From Takakia lepidozioides (Eukaryota > Plantae > Bryophyta), in contig CM060733.1 of assembly GCA_030704615.1 (NCBI GenBank), positions 44,268,001-44,332,000 of the forward strand: DNA of 64,000 nucleotides, written 5' to 3'. The translations under genes were made by a program, and so were the position numbers. Shown piece by piece: positions 38,100 to 50,360 of this stretch; positions within the stretch are counted from its first letter, which is position 1; each line of letters opens with the position of its first letter. Below the pieces are notes generated by a model that did not search any database, was not told the origin of the DNA, and saw only the letters and a list, made by a program, of their open reading frames with translations.

Positions 38100-40055
38100 C
38101 TCAACCCTATCCAAAGTATAATATGGGGGAAGACTTTGATAGGTATTTTCAAATGTTTGAAGTCGTTGCTAGCGTCAATGGAGTGCATGAGAACTTCAAG
38201 ATGACCATCTTTAGGATGAGCATGAAGGGGTCAACTTGGGACTTGCTGCATGCAGCAGTCATGGATGATCCCAGCCTCAATTGGGCAACCCTTATAGAAT
38301 GGGCTAAGACCTTGTTCAAGCCTCCTAAAAAGACCTCTAAACTACTTTGCTAAGCTCTCTTCTAGGACTTACCAGCTTGGAGAATCCCTGTGGCAGTTTT
38401 ACAAGGACATCAAGTTTGTTACTGTTGAGAACATCATTGACCCAGTAGAAAGAGATCGCATGGTCAAAAGGTATTTTCTCCTTGGCTTGCCCCCTGCTAT
38501 TAAAAATTGGGCTCAGCGTCGTCATTTTATCAATAACAAAACCATGTTAGCAGAAATTAACCTTAAGATGGCAGACTTGGCTGATAGCAAATCAATGCAA
38601 CATCATGCCAAGTTTCAAGCTCCAACGGGCTCCGAGCTTGGCATGGCTGCAACATCTATGCCTTATATTCCTCTTGTAAGACATATGCCTTCACCCTTCA
38701 AAGATTGGCCAACACAGTAGGCAGTCTTAGTGAGTCTGTAGCCACTCAATTCGCTACAATGCAAGCCCACCAACAGCGTAGGCCAACAAGTGGCAATAAT
38801 AGGGGTCGCACCCAAACTGGGCAGACATATGAAGGTAATCGTGCTGCATGTCACATCTGTGGATCTTTTGAGCACTGGACTAAAGCATTGTCCAGACAGG
38901 GCAGGTTAACCAAAGCTGATCAAGAACAGAAAAGTTGCTAGTTGTTCTTCCCCTCCTTTAAACTAGAGAGACCTCTTGGGAAGGGGACAAAGAGGTCAAT
39001 CATCTACCAACCCTACCTCTCTTATACCAGTTCATGTTGTTTTATCTACTAACTTCAAGGGCTTGCATTGTCCTCTCAGCAGAAGGGCTGCTGACCAGCA
39101 GATCAGTCCCCTTATGGCTTAGTGCCACATCCATGAGCTAAGCTTTCCCTGCGTGATTGATACAGGATACACCATATCTGCCATTCCTCTGAATATAGTA
39201 AGAGTCCTTGGTCTTAAGCTATGCCCTGCTTTAGGAATTGAGGTTCTAATTGCTGATGGGTCAAAATATGAGCCTCTAGGACTAGTTAATTTGCCCATCA
39301 GGATTCACAAGAAAGAGGTGGTGGTGACCTGCATAGTTACAATTGGGGAACAATTCTTGCTAGGCCTTGACTGGATGACTGGAGCCGGTGCCGCCATCAG
39401 CCTGGCAGACTATTCCCTTTGCTTTAGCAATGGTGAGGGACATGAGATCGTGGTTCCCTTGAAAGCAGTGAAAATCAAGGCTGGGTCTGCTACAGCCAAT
39501 CTATCCAGAGTCCAAGCCATGGTCAAAGAGGTACAACAAAACTCTTACTCCACCCTCAATTGGACTGATTTTTACAAGTTTCAGCCTGATCTTCAACTCT
39601 TATATCAATGGCATGTTCCTAATACTGGTGGTAAAACAGGGATGCCCATAGCTGTTCCAAGAAATTCTACCCTGATTCGTGCACCTCTCAACATAACCAT
39701 CCCTGCCATGACCCAGAAAGTGGTCAAATCTGGCCTAGCCTTCCTCTGTCCAGCTGCTCACTTCCTGGAAGTTGAAGGCTGGAGGAGACTAACTGCCCTC
39801 AAACATTGCCTAGTCGCCACAGGTGTTATGGATAGGGGATATAGGCAAGAAGTCAAGATTCTAATTGCTAATCCTGAGCGCTTCCCTGTGACCATTAAGA
39901 AAAGACAGGTCCTGGCTCGCATCACTGCCTTACCCATTGCTGAAATACAAGAGGTGCAAGCTGGCTTTGGACTAGAGTCCATAGGCATACAACATTGCCC
40001 CTTGGATGTTGTTGCTGCCTTTACTGCAATTGCACCACCACCTGTTCCGGACGTG
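38100..40055 (+). mobile_element. Truncated LTR-type retroelement: gag, protease, dUTPase-like domain
   Basis: gag YNMGEDFDRYFQMFE...YFLLGLPP and knuckle CHICGSFEHW; protease VIDTG...FLLGLDW; then VKSGLAF...GVMDRGYRQEVKILIAN...IKKRQVLARI. No RT follows. Confidence 0.75.
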
Positions 40056-40809
40056 ACTTCCGCGTGAGCGTGAGCGTGAGAGTGAGAGCGTACGCTCACG
40101 CGATGGTGATGTGGCGTGAGCGCAGGCCCTCACACCAGCTGATGTGGCGTGAGCATGGGGTCGCGCTGACGTGGCGTGAGCGTGAGGCTGACGTGGCATG
40201 GGCCTGCTGACGTGGCATTATCTGGCTAATGTGGCAGTCGTCAGAATGACGTGGTATCTAGACAACTTGCCACATGCCATGTCATCAGAAACATATAGCA
40301 CCTATAGCCGAGGGGCCTATAGCCGTGGCATTCATTCATCCAAAACACCAAAAATTAAAATGCAGGAGCGACCTGTGAAAGCATTCGCATCCATTCCATT
40401 TATTTTCGAACGACTACACAAAAGAAAGAAATGGCACACATTGCACAACATAATTGGAGGCTGCATTGGCACCAAATATACGAAGGTCAAGTTTCAACTC
40501 TTCTAAAATCCAGTAACATGGAATTTGCACATGACCAAAGTGAAGAGGATGTTATGTGCTCCTATCCCGCTGCATAAGTGTATTCACCTCGTTGAAACTC
40601 ATGGTGGCCTGGTGAATGAAGATGTCGCATCTGGGATCACAAACCATTCTGTTCAAGAAGATAAAATACAGATGCTTGCAGGGTATAAATTTTCATGTCT
40701 TTCCCAAACTTGTTGTAAGCATGCCAACAAAATCAGGACAAGTGCAGTTGGGGAAATTGAAACTGTGATGTCGTACAACCAGTCATGCATAGCGGATGTG
40801 GAGGTCATC

Positions 40810-43800
40810 ATAGTGTAGATTCGTCCATACCCGGGATGCGGAACTTCCGTAGTGCCTGTAATACGACCTTGAAGCATTCAAGCGGATTCCACCTTGCCGA
40901 AGTGCTCGGCAGTCGGAGGGAAATGACGAACCAGCTTCCCATTTCATTTTGTTGGCCATGCATCAGCGTTGGGTGGTGACACTCTAGAACTTGTTGAAGT
41001 AGAAGCACCTACATGTACAAAGGGGGCTCGCTGAAGGGAAAAGTCTGCCTCCTCCAACATGGCAATCTCATGAGTTGTGAGATGTGCCCCCACCTTCACA
41101 GGCCAAACGCTTGGTCGAGGAGGCTTCATGACAACCGATGGTTGCACAGTCCCACGCACGCACCTACCATAGTCGTCAGGGCAGAACCAGAATTTGTGGT
41201 TCTTCGCCTCGGCTTGCCCGTAAGGCGTGAACAAACCAGTGAAGGTCGGAGCTGGAGTGCGGACCTTGCCTCTGGATATGGAGGACTTGTATTTCTCACT
41301 ATTGGTTGCTCTGATTGTCGTGCACTTCACTCGAGACCCAGCAGTGGTGTGTTGCCAGACTTCGTCGGGGCACATGGACTCCACCACAGGGGGAGCACGT
41401 TCACCTCCTGCCCCATTGCACTCACTATGGGAGATGGCTGCCTTTGGCTTTGTGACAAAGGATCGTCCGCACTGGATATGCTGGAAACGAACCTCTGATG
41501 GAATGGAACACGCGACATTGAGAAGTTATCCCTGTCCGGCCTATAGGAGTCTGCATCCGACCTAGGTTGGGTGTTCAATTTCCGTTTACAAGACCCGAAT
41601 CTCTCCTCACCCTCCAGATGAGGAATTTTGGACACCAGTGGAGTTCCTTCCGTACACATGTTGACAGCCTTGGCAATCTTGTTCAGATCCCTTGATCTTC
41701 TTGCTGCTCACAACATCAACTTGGACTTGTCTGGACCCTTGTCACCAACGCCTCCCCGTAAGAACTTCCGATATCTCATTTGTTGCAGTAGAGCTCGAAT
41801 CAGATCATATGCCGTCGCCACATACAAATCCCGGCCCGCTTTCAAGATTGCTGCAACCATACATTGTGCAATGTCTCCGCCAGATTGCAAGAGGGCATGT
41901 CTGCCATCCCTCAATTGAGAAGTGCTGCAGAATGGAAAAACATATATCAGAAAGAGGACAGGCACACCCCACCACAACAGACATGATTGGAAATGGATAC
42001 AAACTCAATGAAATTTGCAAGTTTTCAAATCCACGCACCGTTGTCATCATGCTCCCCATTGTCTGTACCGGAAGTGCCAAAATGCCAGCCAGTCTTCTAG
42101 CGTTCTCATATTGTCTTCTGATGCAGCCCCAGATGAGAACCACCAGGCACAAATTGTCTGGAACAATGTATTCGCCTCTGCCATGCTTTTGGCATCTTTG
42201 TACTGTTTGCATAGCTTAAGATGAGTAGGCTACATTTCCCGTTTGATATCTGCCTTTGTATGTTTCTCAAGGGACTGCGTCCAATGGAAAAGACATGTTC
42301 GTTCTCTTCCTGGCATTGGCACCTTTGGATCTCCTGATCCAAACACAATGCGAACAGCATTGAAATTCGCTTGAGCACTGCCGGCCATAAATCCGGCGAA
42401 ATTTGGAGATGGGACACCTTGGGAATCCATAACGCGAATGAGACTTCTCCACGTTAGCTGCTGTGAATCCGCATCCTCTGATTGCATGTCACACACTGCA
42501 ATTGTCATGACTCGCTGGTAGAAAGGATCGTAAACATGACACGCCATTGTAGTCCAGTCTTTCACTCGTTTGACATGATCAAACATAAGGAAACAGTTCT
42601 GAACAACAGTTCATCACCACCCTTCTGCATGCGCTTCACAAGACTGACTCCGCTGCCCTCCCCGGCTGTGGACATTTTGAAAAGATACACTTTGTTTGAT
42701 CCTTGACCTGGGAACACACTCTCTTGAATGTAGTCATACCTGCTCCGTCACTTCAACTCGAAAATGTTATCAACGTACTCTCTGTTAGCAGAACCCATCC
42801 TCAATGCATTCACCTGGTTTTTAATGTTCGGCGAACTCAAGGTAGAGAAGTGATCCATAGCATTGTCCAAGGCTGGCCCGTCGAGTTTCATGCCCACAGA
42901 ATAATATGGGTTTCCAGGAAAGTCTTGTTTGTTCCAAGAACAATTGTGGAGGTGGTGGCTGTTGGATTGCTCTCATACTCTTGTCTTATCAACCTGGATA
43001 CTGTTTCAACACTTTCCCTGTAATCCCTCTTCGACACTGGATGGTTGTGGAACCCAAAATGCACACCGGCTCTAGTCTAGGTTGGAAAACGGTGCACCAC
43101 ATAGTACATTCTTGCTCCACACACTGCCACACAAGAATGCGCTCGTTTGCAGAACTTGCAAATGAAAGTGTTGGAGCTTGGAGGTGCTTCACCGGGCTTG
43201 AAATGATTCTCGGCGACACCCTCCCACTCGCTCTGGTTCTGAACCTCTGACCACAGGAAATGTCTGCAACTCAAATTCTCGCACCTTAGGTGCCCATTGC
43301 ACACCGCTCTCATGAACACGAGCTTGTCATCATTTTGAATATTGGATGTCTTCGTTCTGCACCATGGGTGTCCATCGTGTCTCTTGTCCATCCCGTGCAT
43401 GAGGCTCAAAACAGGTCCACCCCGCCCAGGTGGAGGCAGCTCAAAGACGACATCCCCATCAAAAGACCCCGGAAGGTATTGCACACGCTCAACAGGGACA
43501 GTTCCCAGTCAATCCCCCGCAATTCACTCTTGAAACCGGGCATTCCTCCCATTGACTTCAGTTTAGGAATGACACTAGACCACGACCACCGGAGAAAGAA
43601 CCACAAAAGGCATTGTCGGAACGTCCTCCTCTGAGGAGTCGGAGAGCTCAACAATTTGTCTGGAAGTTGTGGGCTCCGTCTTCACGACCACATTCCTCTT
43701 GTCTTGAACAATAGGAGCAGCAGTTCCCGGCGTTACATACGAACCAATCGACTGCCGACGAGGAGCTCCAAGAACCCTGTATCTTCCTGGAGGAACTCTC

Positions 43801-43919
43801 CACTGACTCATAAGTGCGTTTTCATCCGGTTTCTGGAAAGCATACTTCATCAACTTCCCATCGACACCGTAAACCTCTCTTTCGAGCCACACAGTACCAT
43901 ACTGGAACTCGAAACGCAT
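40810..43919 (-). mobile_element. Mutator-like (MULE) transposase pseudogene
   Basis: MFDHVKRV...FAGFMAGSAQANFNAVRIVFG...CLFHW fits the MULE D..D..CxxH core, with the second Asp replaced by Gly. Cys/His-rich N-terminus; frameshifted; TIRs not identified. Confidence 0.7.
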
Positions 43920-44914
43920 TGCTAGTCGGTATCCTTCGAGAAAGGTACTGGTTTCTCCACAGAGTAAATCTTTGCTTCGGAGGAAGCCATGTTGCTGCAA
44001 GAGAAATTCCCTCACAGAGGAAAAAAAAAAAAACAAAAAAAAAACCCAGATCTGCCCCACTTTGCTGCTTGACACCAGATATCTTAAAGCCACCAGCTTG
44101 TCACACAAAAAGTGCGGAAGCCACAACTTCTGTGTGGATTCTTGTTACAAACGATAGTGGTGATTACATTTCTCATGCTTTGCATTTCAGACCGAAACCT
44201 AGAAGTCCATCACCTTTACTAACGAGGTCGGCAAAGGACAACACGTCATGTATGTCCCAAACCGTTCTGGAAGGGTCAGCCAAAACCTATTTTAAAAGCT
44301 GACATACCGTTAAAGAGCCTTTCAGAAACAGTTGTCAAAACAGTTCATAAAACAGTTGGTAAGCAGTTATGTGCCTTTACCGACCCATGTGAAATGACGG
44401 CGGAGACCGACATCCCATGCCATCCCAATGTGTTCAGCCACGCGGAAGCCGACAATGCATTGAGTGAAGGGTTTAAGAGATATCGGCGGCGAACAAATAG
44501 AAGATGTTGAACCGGGAGAATCCAAAAAATCCAGTGAAATAAGTCATCCATCCGTATCAAATCTATATGATGGCCATACCTCCATAATGAAAAACGGCGG
44601 CCACTGCAGAATGGACGAGTGTGTCGTTAGGAGGGGGACACGTATGCAGTGAATACATGCATAACTGCCGAGAGCGATGCCCCGGCTGCTACTCATCGCA
44701 CGACGTCTCTCATCCCAGTAGACCGTAGTTTTTCAAGCTGGAGAGTAGCAGGAGACAGAGTTCCGTGCGAGAGAATGGAAGGCATAGAAGACAGTCATTC
44801 TTTTTTACTTCAGCACGAGAGAGGAAGAACGCAAGAGAGAGAATGAAAGGTCGCAAGCTGAACATGACACTGAAGGAGATCGTAGAGGAGAGCGCGGCCC
44901 TCGAAACCAAACGC

Positions 44915-46770
44915 CCTTGTTGTGCACACGCTACAAGCATTGTGTTCCACATGATGAAAGATCGTTGAGGCATTTTGTTGAACACTTGGTGAGCATCCAT
45001 GATGCTCCTGCACATAACATACATGTTGACAAGGGTGTTGAGTAGAAAAATATTTGGCGTGCACTTTGGATAATGTGAGTGTGCACCTGCTTTCCAGCTT
45101 CAAGGCCTTTCATCTTGATGCACTTATGCAAGAGACAGACATATGTATCTGAATCTGCTGAAATGCCTCCTTGGTTTAAAGTCAGTAGAGCCTTTTTCAG
45201 TCTGCTTGCCTCACAAAGCATCTTCACATGCCCATAAGTGCCAGAATAGGCATTGTGGACTCCCTCCTTGATCCTCTTCCAGAAGCTGTGGTCATGGTTG
45301 AGGTGCCTGATTTTATCAACTGTGCCGCTGCAGCAGCTGCCTTTGGCGATGCAACCACGCACCTCTTTGCATCTGGTAATCTGACAGGCATTCACCTTGG
45401 TACAATTCCAGCTCCGAAGATGTCACCATGGACCTCTTTCCCCTTTTCCAAAGCTGCCAGGGCAGTGTTCAGATTGACATTTGGTACAATTCCAGCTTTG
45501 TTGATATCCCAATGCACCTCTTTGCCCTTCTCCAGGCCGGCTGCTAGGCTTGCACAAGCATTGCAAATGCACACAAACATGATGTGCTTCCCCCATCATT
45601 TGCTCATAGGTCTCCAAAGCAACCATCCCACGTCCCTATCGTGCATACCCTGTAAGCATTGCATTCCACGACACCACATCTCATTCAGCCATAGTGTCAA
45701 ACACTCCCTTTGCATCCTAGATGCACCCACATTTTGCAAACATGTTCACCAGAGTTTTGTTCAGAATGACATCTGGTACAATTCCAGCTCTGAAGATGTC
45801 GCCATGCACCTCTTTCCCCTTTCCAAAGCTGCCAGGGCAGTGTTCAGATTGACATTTGGCACAATTCCAGCTTTGATGATATCCCCATGCATCTTTTGCC
45901 CGTCTCCAGGGCTGCCACGCTTGCACGAGCATTACAAATGCACACACACATGATGTGCTTCCCCCGTCATTTGCTCATAAGTCTCAAAAGCCTCCATCCC
46001 ATGTCCCTACCGTGCATACCCTGCAAGCATCGCACTCCATGACACCACATCTTGTTCAACCATAGTGTCGAACACTCCCTTTGCATCCTAGATGCACCCA
46101 CATTTTGCAAACATGTTCACCAGGGTATTGTTCAGAATGACATCTGGTACAATTCCAGCTCTGAAGATGTCGCCATGCACCTCTTTCCCCTTTCCAAAGC
46201 TGCCAGGGCAGTGTTCAGATTGACATTTGGCACAATTCCAGCTTTGATGATATCCCCATGCATCTTTTGCCCGTCTCCAGGGCTGCCAGGGCTGCCACGC
46301 TTGCACGAGCATTACAAATGCACACACACATGATGCGCTTCCCCCGTCATTTGCTCATAAGTCTCCAAAGCCTCCATCCCACGTCCCTACCGTGCATACC
46401 CTGCAAGCGTCGCACTCCATGACACCACATCTCGTTCAACCATAGTGTCGAACACTCCCTTTGCATCCTAGATACACCCACATTTTGCAAACATGTTCAC
46501 CAGGGTATTGTTCAGAATGACATCTAGTACAATTCCAGCTTTGAAGATGTCGCCATGCACCTCTTTCCCATTTTCCAAAGTTGCCAGGGCAGTGTTCAGA
46601 TTGACATTTGGCACAATTCCAGCTTTGATGATATCCCCATGCACCTCTTGCCCTTCTCCAGGGCTGCCAGGCTTGCACAAGCATTACAAATGCACACACG
46701 TGATATGCTTCCCCCATCAGTTGCTCATAAGTCTCCAAAGCCTCCATCCCACGTCCCTGCCATGCATATC
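44915..46770 (-). pseudogene. Rearranged pseudogene of the PDF-PPR-DYW family
   Basis: Frameshifted PLS repeats at 46770-45395 are followed by the family N-terminal linker and first motifs (AAAAAQLIKSG...VKMLCEA...QVHTHIIQS) at 45345-44915. No DYW domain. Confidence 0.88.
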
Positions 46771-47346
46771 CTCACCCCCAGCTTTACTCTCTCCTCTTCA
46801 TGTCAAAGCTTTGTTTGGAAATGAGGCAAGCTGTTATCAAGATCATTGAACCAATCATGGCAAAACATGACATATTCTGACCAAATTAGGCATCTGTGTA
46901 TACCTTTCTCTAATCACAAATATAGATTGGCCCCAACAATCATGTCGATCGTAGGGGTTTTGTGACCTAGATAGCGAGAGAGTTTGGGGGAGTGAGACGA
47001 GGTTGTTGGAGGTGGTAGGCAAGAACCTCAAGGACAAGAGGTACCGTGCAAGAGAGGCGATCCAGGAAGCAATGAAGCAGGGGGTTACTCCCCAACGCCC
47101 ACATGGGATAACATCGGTATGTGCTAACTTCACCTCAGTTTAGTTCTTGATTTCATTATATGCATTGTTTGAGGGCAATGGTGCTAAGGATTTTTGGAAA
47201 AACTAACCAAAAAATGGTTTGGGGGGCATGCGTAGGAGTCTTGGGAAGCCCTCATTGCGGAAGAGGAAGACGCCGCAAAGAAGGAGAGGTTTGCTAGAGG
47301 CTGTGAGTCTGCAACAACACGACTACATAAATCCGACTCCACTCAT

Positions 47347-47673
47347 TGTCAAGTTATTTTACCACTAGTATGAAACTAGCTAGGAAATAGCTAGCTTTTA
47401 CATATTGACATTTGGGATTGGCCCAAGTGTCAATCCAGGGGTCAAGGCAGATTTAGGCCCTGGAGTGGTTATCTTCACGGCAAGCGCGGGAGGCTCATCT
47501 TTCTCGAGTTGAGCCTCACCGCGCCTAGCTATGGCGCCGTAGTGTGGATTCCCCATGGCGTGGGGTGCACTTGGCTTGATTTGTATTTGAGTGATGAGGT
47601 TATATATGCATGAGTTTATGCTTCAGCTTTGTGAGGTCGCATGAGCTTGTGCTTGTATTCTTCTTCGTTATCA
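47347..47673 (+). repeat. Terminal repeat A1 of copy 2
   Basis: 327 bp, TG...CA, about three differences from 57000-57326 by eye. Confidence 0.93.
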
Positions 47674-49239
47674 CTCGAGAAAGATCAGCTCGAGTCTGTG
47701 AGTGCCAGGTTCGAGTTGTTTTGTAGCACTTGTGTTTTCATGAGAAGCGGTTCAGCCTAGAGTGCAGGGATCCGTGTATGAGCCTATCCAAAGTGGATAG
47801 AATGCAAAGGCGAACAGGTTGCAGGTTTGCAATGGATAGATAGGCGGGTAGCCTATGTTGAAGAGCGGCGTTGCATAGCTCAACGCTATGGCAACCAAGT
47901 TTGGGCTTCTAGTGTGAAGCGGGGGAGATGCTGGTCTCGAGTGGGTGAACTGGTGGTCGTCTTCTTCAGCTGTAGGCCAAGTTAAGGAGCTGCAGCAATG
48001 TGGAGCTGCGAGGGTGTTAGATGTAAGTCACAGTTATCGGGAGCTCCAACTTCAAGCTCATAAGGAGGTATGAGTGAAGAGAGATGGCTGATTTCTCTTG
48101 TATGCAAGCCAATGCATTTGTGGCTATGTTGATTTGGGGGTTTCAATCTGAAACTCCAGCGGTATGAGGGCTCTTGCCATGGCAAGAGCGGGGCTGGAAC
48201 AGGAGCTAAGAGGTGCGGCAAGGCCATGGAATGTGCACCTAGGGTTTTAGAGCTTGGAAGAAAAGTTCTTGCACCACAAGAGGAGTGTCTTGTGGCTGGA
48301 AATGTAAGCCTTAGGGTTTCAGGAGCTTGGCAAAGGCTGTGGAGTGCTTAGTCTTGTCTTAGAGAGCATCAAGGAGCCAAGGAGCCAAGATAGGGGGCTG
48401 ATATCTCTTGTGTGAAGAGGTTGCATGTGTGGAGCATGTATTCAGCTCATTGAAGCTTCCATCTTCAAGCTTGGAGGGCAAGCAAGGAAGAGGGAAGGGC
48501 TGACTTCCCTTATGTGAGGGCAATGCATGTGTGGAGCATGCTATCAGCCTAGTGAAGGCTTGCACTTTCATGTGTGGGAGTGCAAGAAAGGAAGGAAGGG
48601 GCTGGTTTCCCTGTAGGGCATGTGGAGCATGCTTTCAGCCTGCTGAAGCTTGTATTTCAGGTTTGTGGGTGCAAGAAATAAAGCAAAGGAGCTGATTCTC
48701 TTATGGTGAGAGTGGGGCATGTGTGGAGCATGCCTTCAGCCTATTGAGGCTCTTGTTTTCAAGCTTTAGAGAGCTAGAACGGAAGGTCTAGGGCTGGTTT
48801 CCACTTGGAGTGAAAGAAAAGCACTTGTAGGGCCTATGTGAGTTGGGGTTTCAACTTCAAGCTTGAAGGGAGCGCAACTCTTGAAGCAGTAGGTGTAGGG
48901 GGCTGGAATAGGCTCTAAGACAGATGCTATGGCCAAGGAGAGTGCTTGAATGAGTGCTCACAAGGGCTGGGAACCAGCAGGGCTTGGTTGTTTGCCATTG
49001 AGTTTAGTGGCGTGTTTGGGGAGGCTAAGTGAGAAAGAAGGCTTGGTTTGTGGCAACCACCACATGGCTTAGGGCTACTATGGTGGTGTGTGGGAGCCGA
49101 AAGAACAAGAATACCTTGCTGATTTCCTCACAGCCGCCATAGCTCGGTGGAAAGAAACCTAGAGTCCAAGAGACACAAACCCTAGCTTGGCGTGGCTAAA
49201 CCCCTTGGAGAAATGGCTAAACTGCCAGAGCGGCCATGG

Positions 49240-50070
49240 ATGGGGCTGTGACAGGCTGTGAGGGCCTGTGAGGGCATGTGACGGTGGCCTTCGGGGTTGT
49301 GACGGGCTGTGAGGGCCTGTGACGGGCTGCGCCGGTGGCCTTGGGGGCTGTGAGGGGCTGTGAGGGGCTGTGCCGGTGGCCTTTTGGGGCTGTGACAGGA
49401 TGTGCCCGTGGCCTTTAGGGCTGTGATGGGCTGTGAGGGGCTGTGACAGGCCGTGCCTGAGGCCTTTGGGGCTGTGACGGGCTGTGTCAGGCCGTGCCTG
49501 AGGCCTTGGGGGCTGTGAGGGGCTGTGGCGAGCTGTGACGGGCTGTGACAGGCTGTGCCCAGTGGCATGTGGGGCTGTGACGGGCTATGCGGGGCTGTGA
49601 CGGGCTGTGCCCAGTGGCCTGTGGGGCTGTGAGGGGCTGTGACAGGCCGTGCCTGAGGCCTTTGGGGCTGTGACGGGCTGTGCGGGGCTGTTGCAGGCTG
49701 TGCCCAGTGGCCTGTGGGGCTGTGAGGGGCTGTGAGGGGCTGTGACAGGCTGTGCCCGTGGCCTTTGGGGCTGTGAGGGGCTGTGACAGGCCGTGCCTGA
49801 GGCCTTTGGGGCTGTGACGGGCTGTGTCGGGCTGCGCCGGTGGCCTTCGGGGCTGTGACGGGCTGTGAGGGGCCGTGTCAGGCTGTGCCTGAGGCCTTGG
49901 GGGCTGTGACGGGCTGTGCGGGGCTGTGACGGGCTGTGACAGGCTGTGGCGGGCTGTGCCCTGTGGCCTGTGGGGCTGTGACGGGCTGTGACAGGCTCTG
50001 GCAAGCTGTGACGGGCGATGAGGGGCTGTGACAGGCTATGCCCAGTGGCCTGTGGGACTGTGATGGCTAT
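49240..50070 (+). repeat. GC-rich minisatellite built on a ~10-bp (c/g)gggctgtga unit
   Basis: Dozens of gggctgtga/aggctgtgc units in the leader of copy 2. Confidence 0.92.
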
Positions 50071-50360
50071 GACCATTGAGCTGTGTGGGCCTGTGCTGGT
50101 CGGTGGTGGCCCGTGTTGACCTGTGGACGGCCTATGCTGACTCGTGGAGGCACTGGTGGACTGCCTAAGGACTGGCATGTGGTCTTGAAGGCCGAATTTT
50201 GAAGCTCGTGGAGGGCGGTTTGAGGAGTATCTTCATGATATTCCCATGCAAGTACAGGTGTAGGCTATGTTAAGAACTTAGTATTCCAAACCATAAGCCG
50301 CAACAGGTTCTCTACCCGGTTACCTTGTGGAGAGGGGGTTAGGGACATGTTCATGACCGG

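Noticed and set aside
49182-50178. Pro/Ser/Thr/His-rich minus-strand ORFs
   Set aside because: Translations of the minisatellite.
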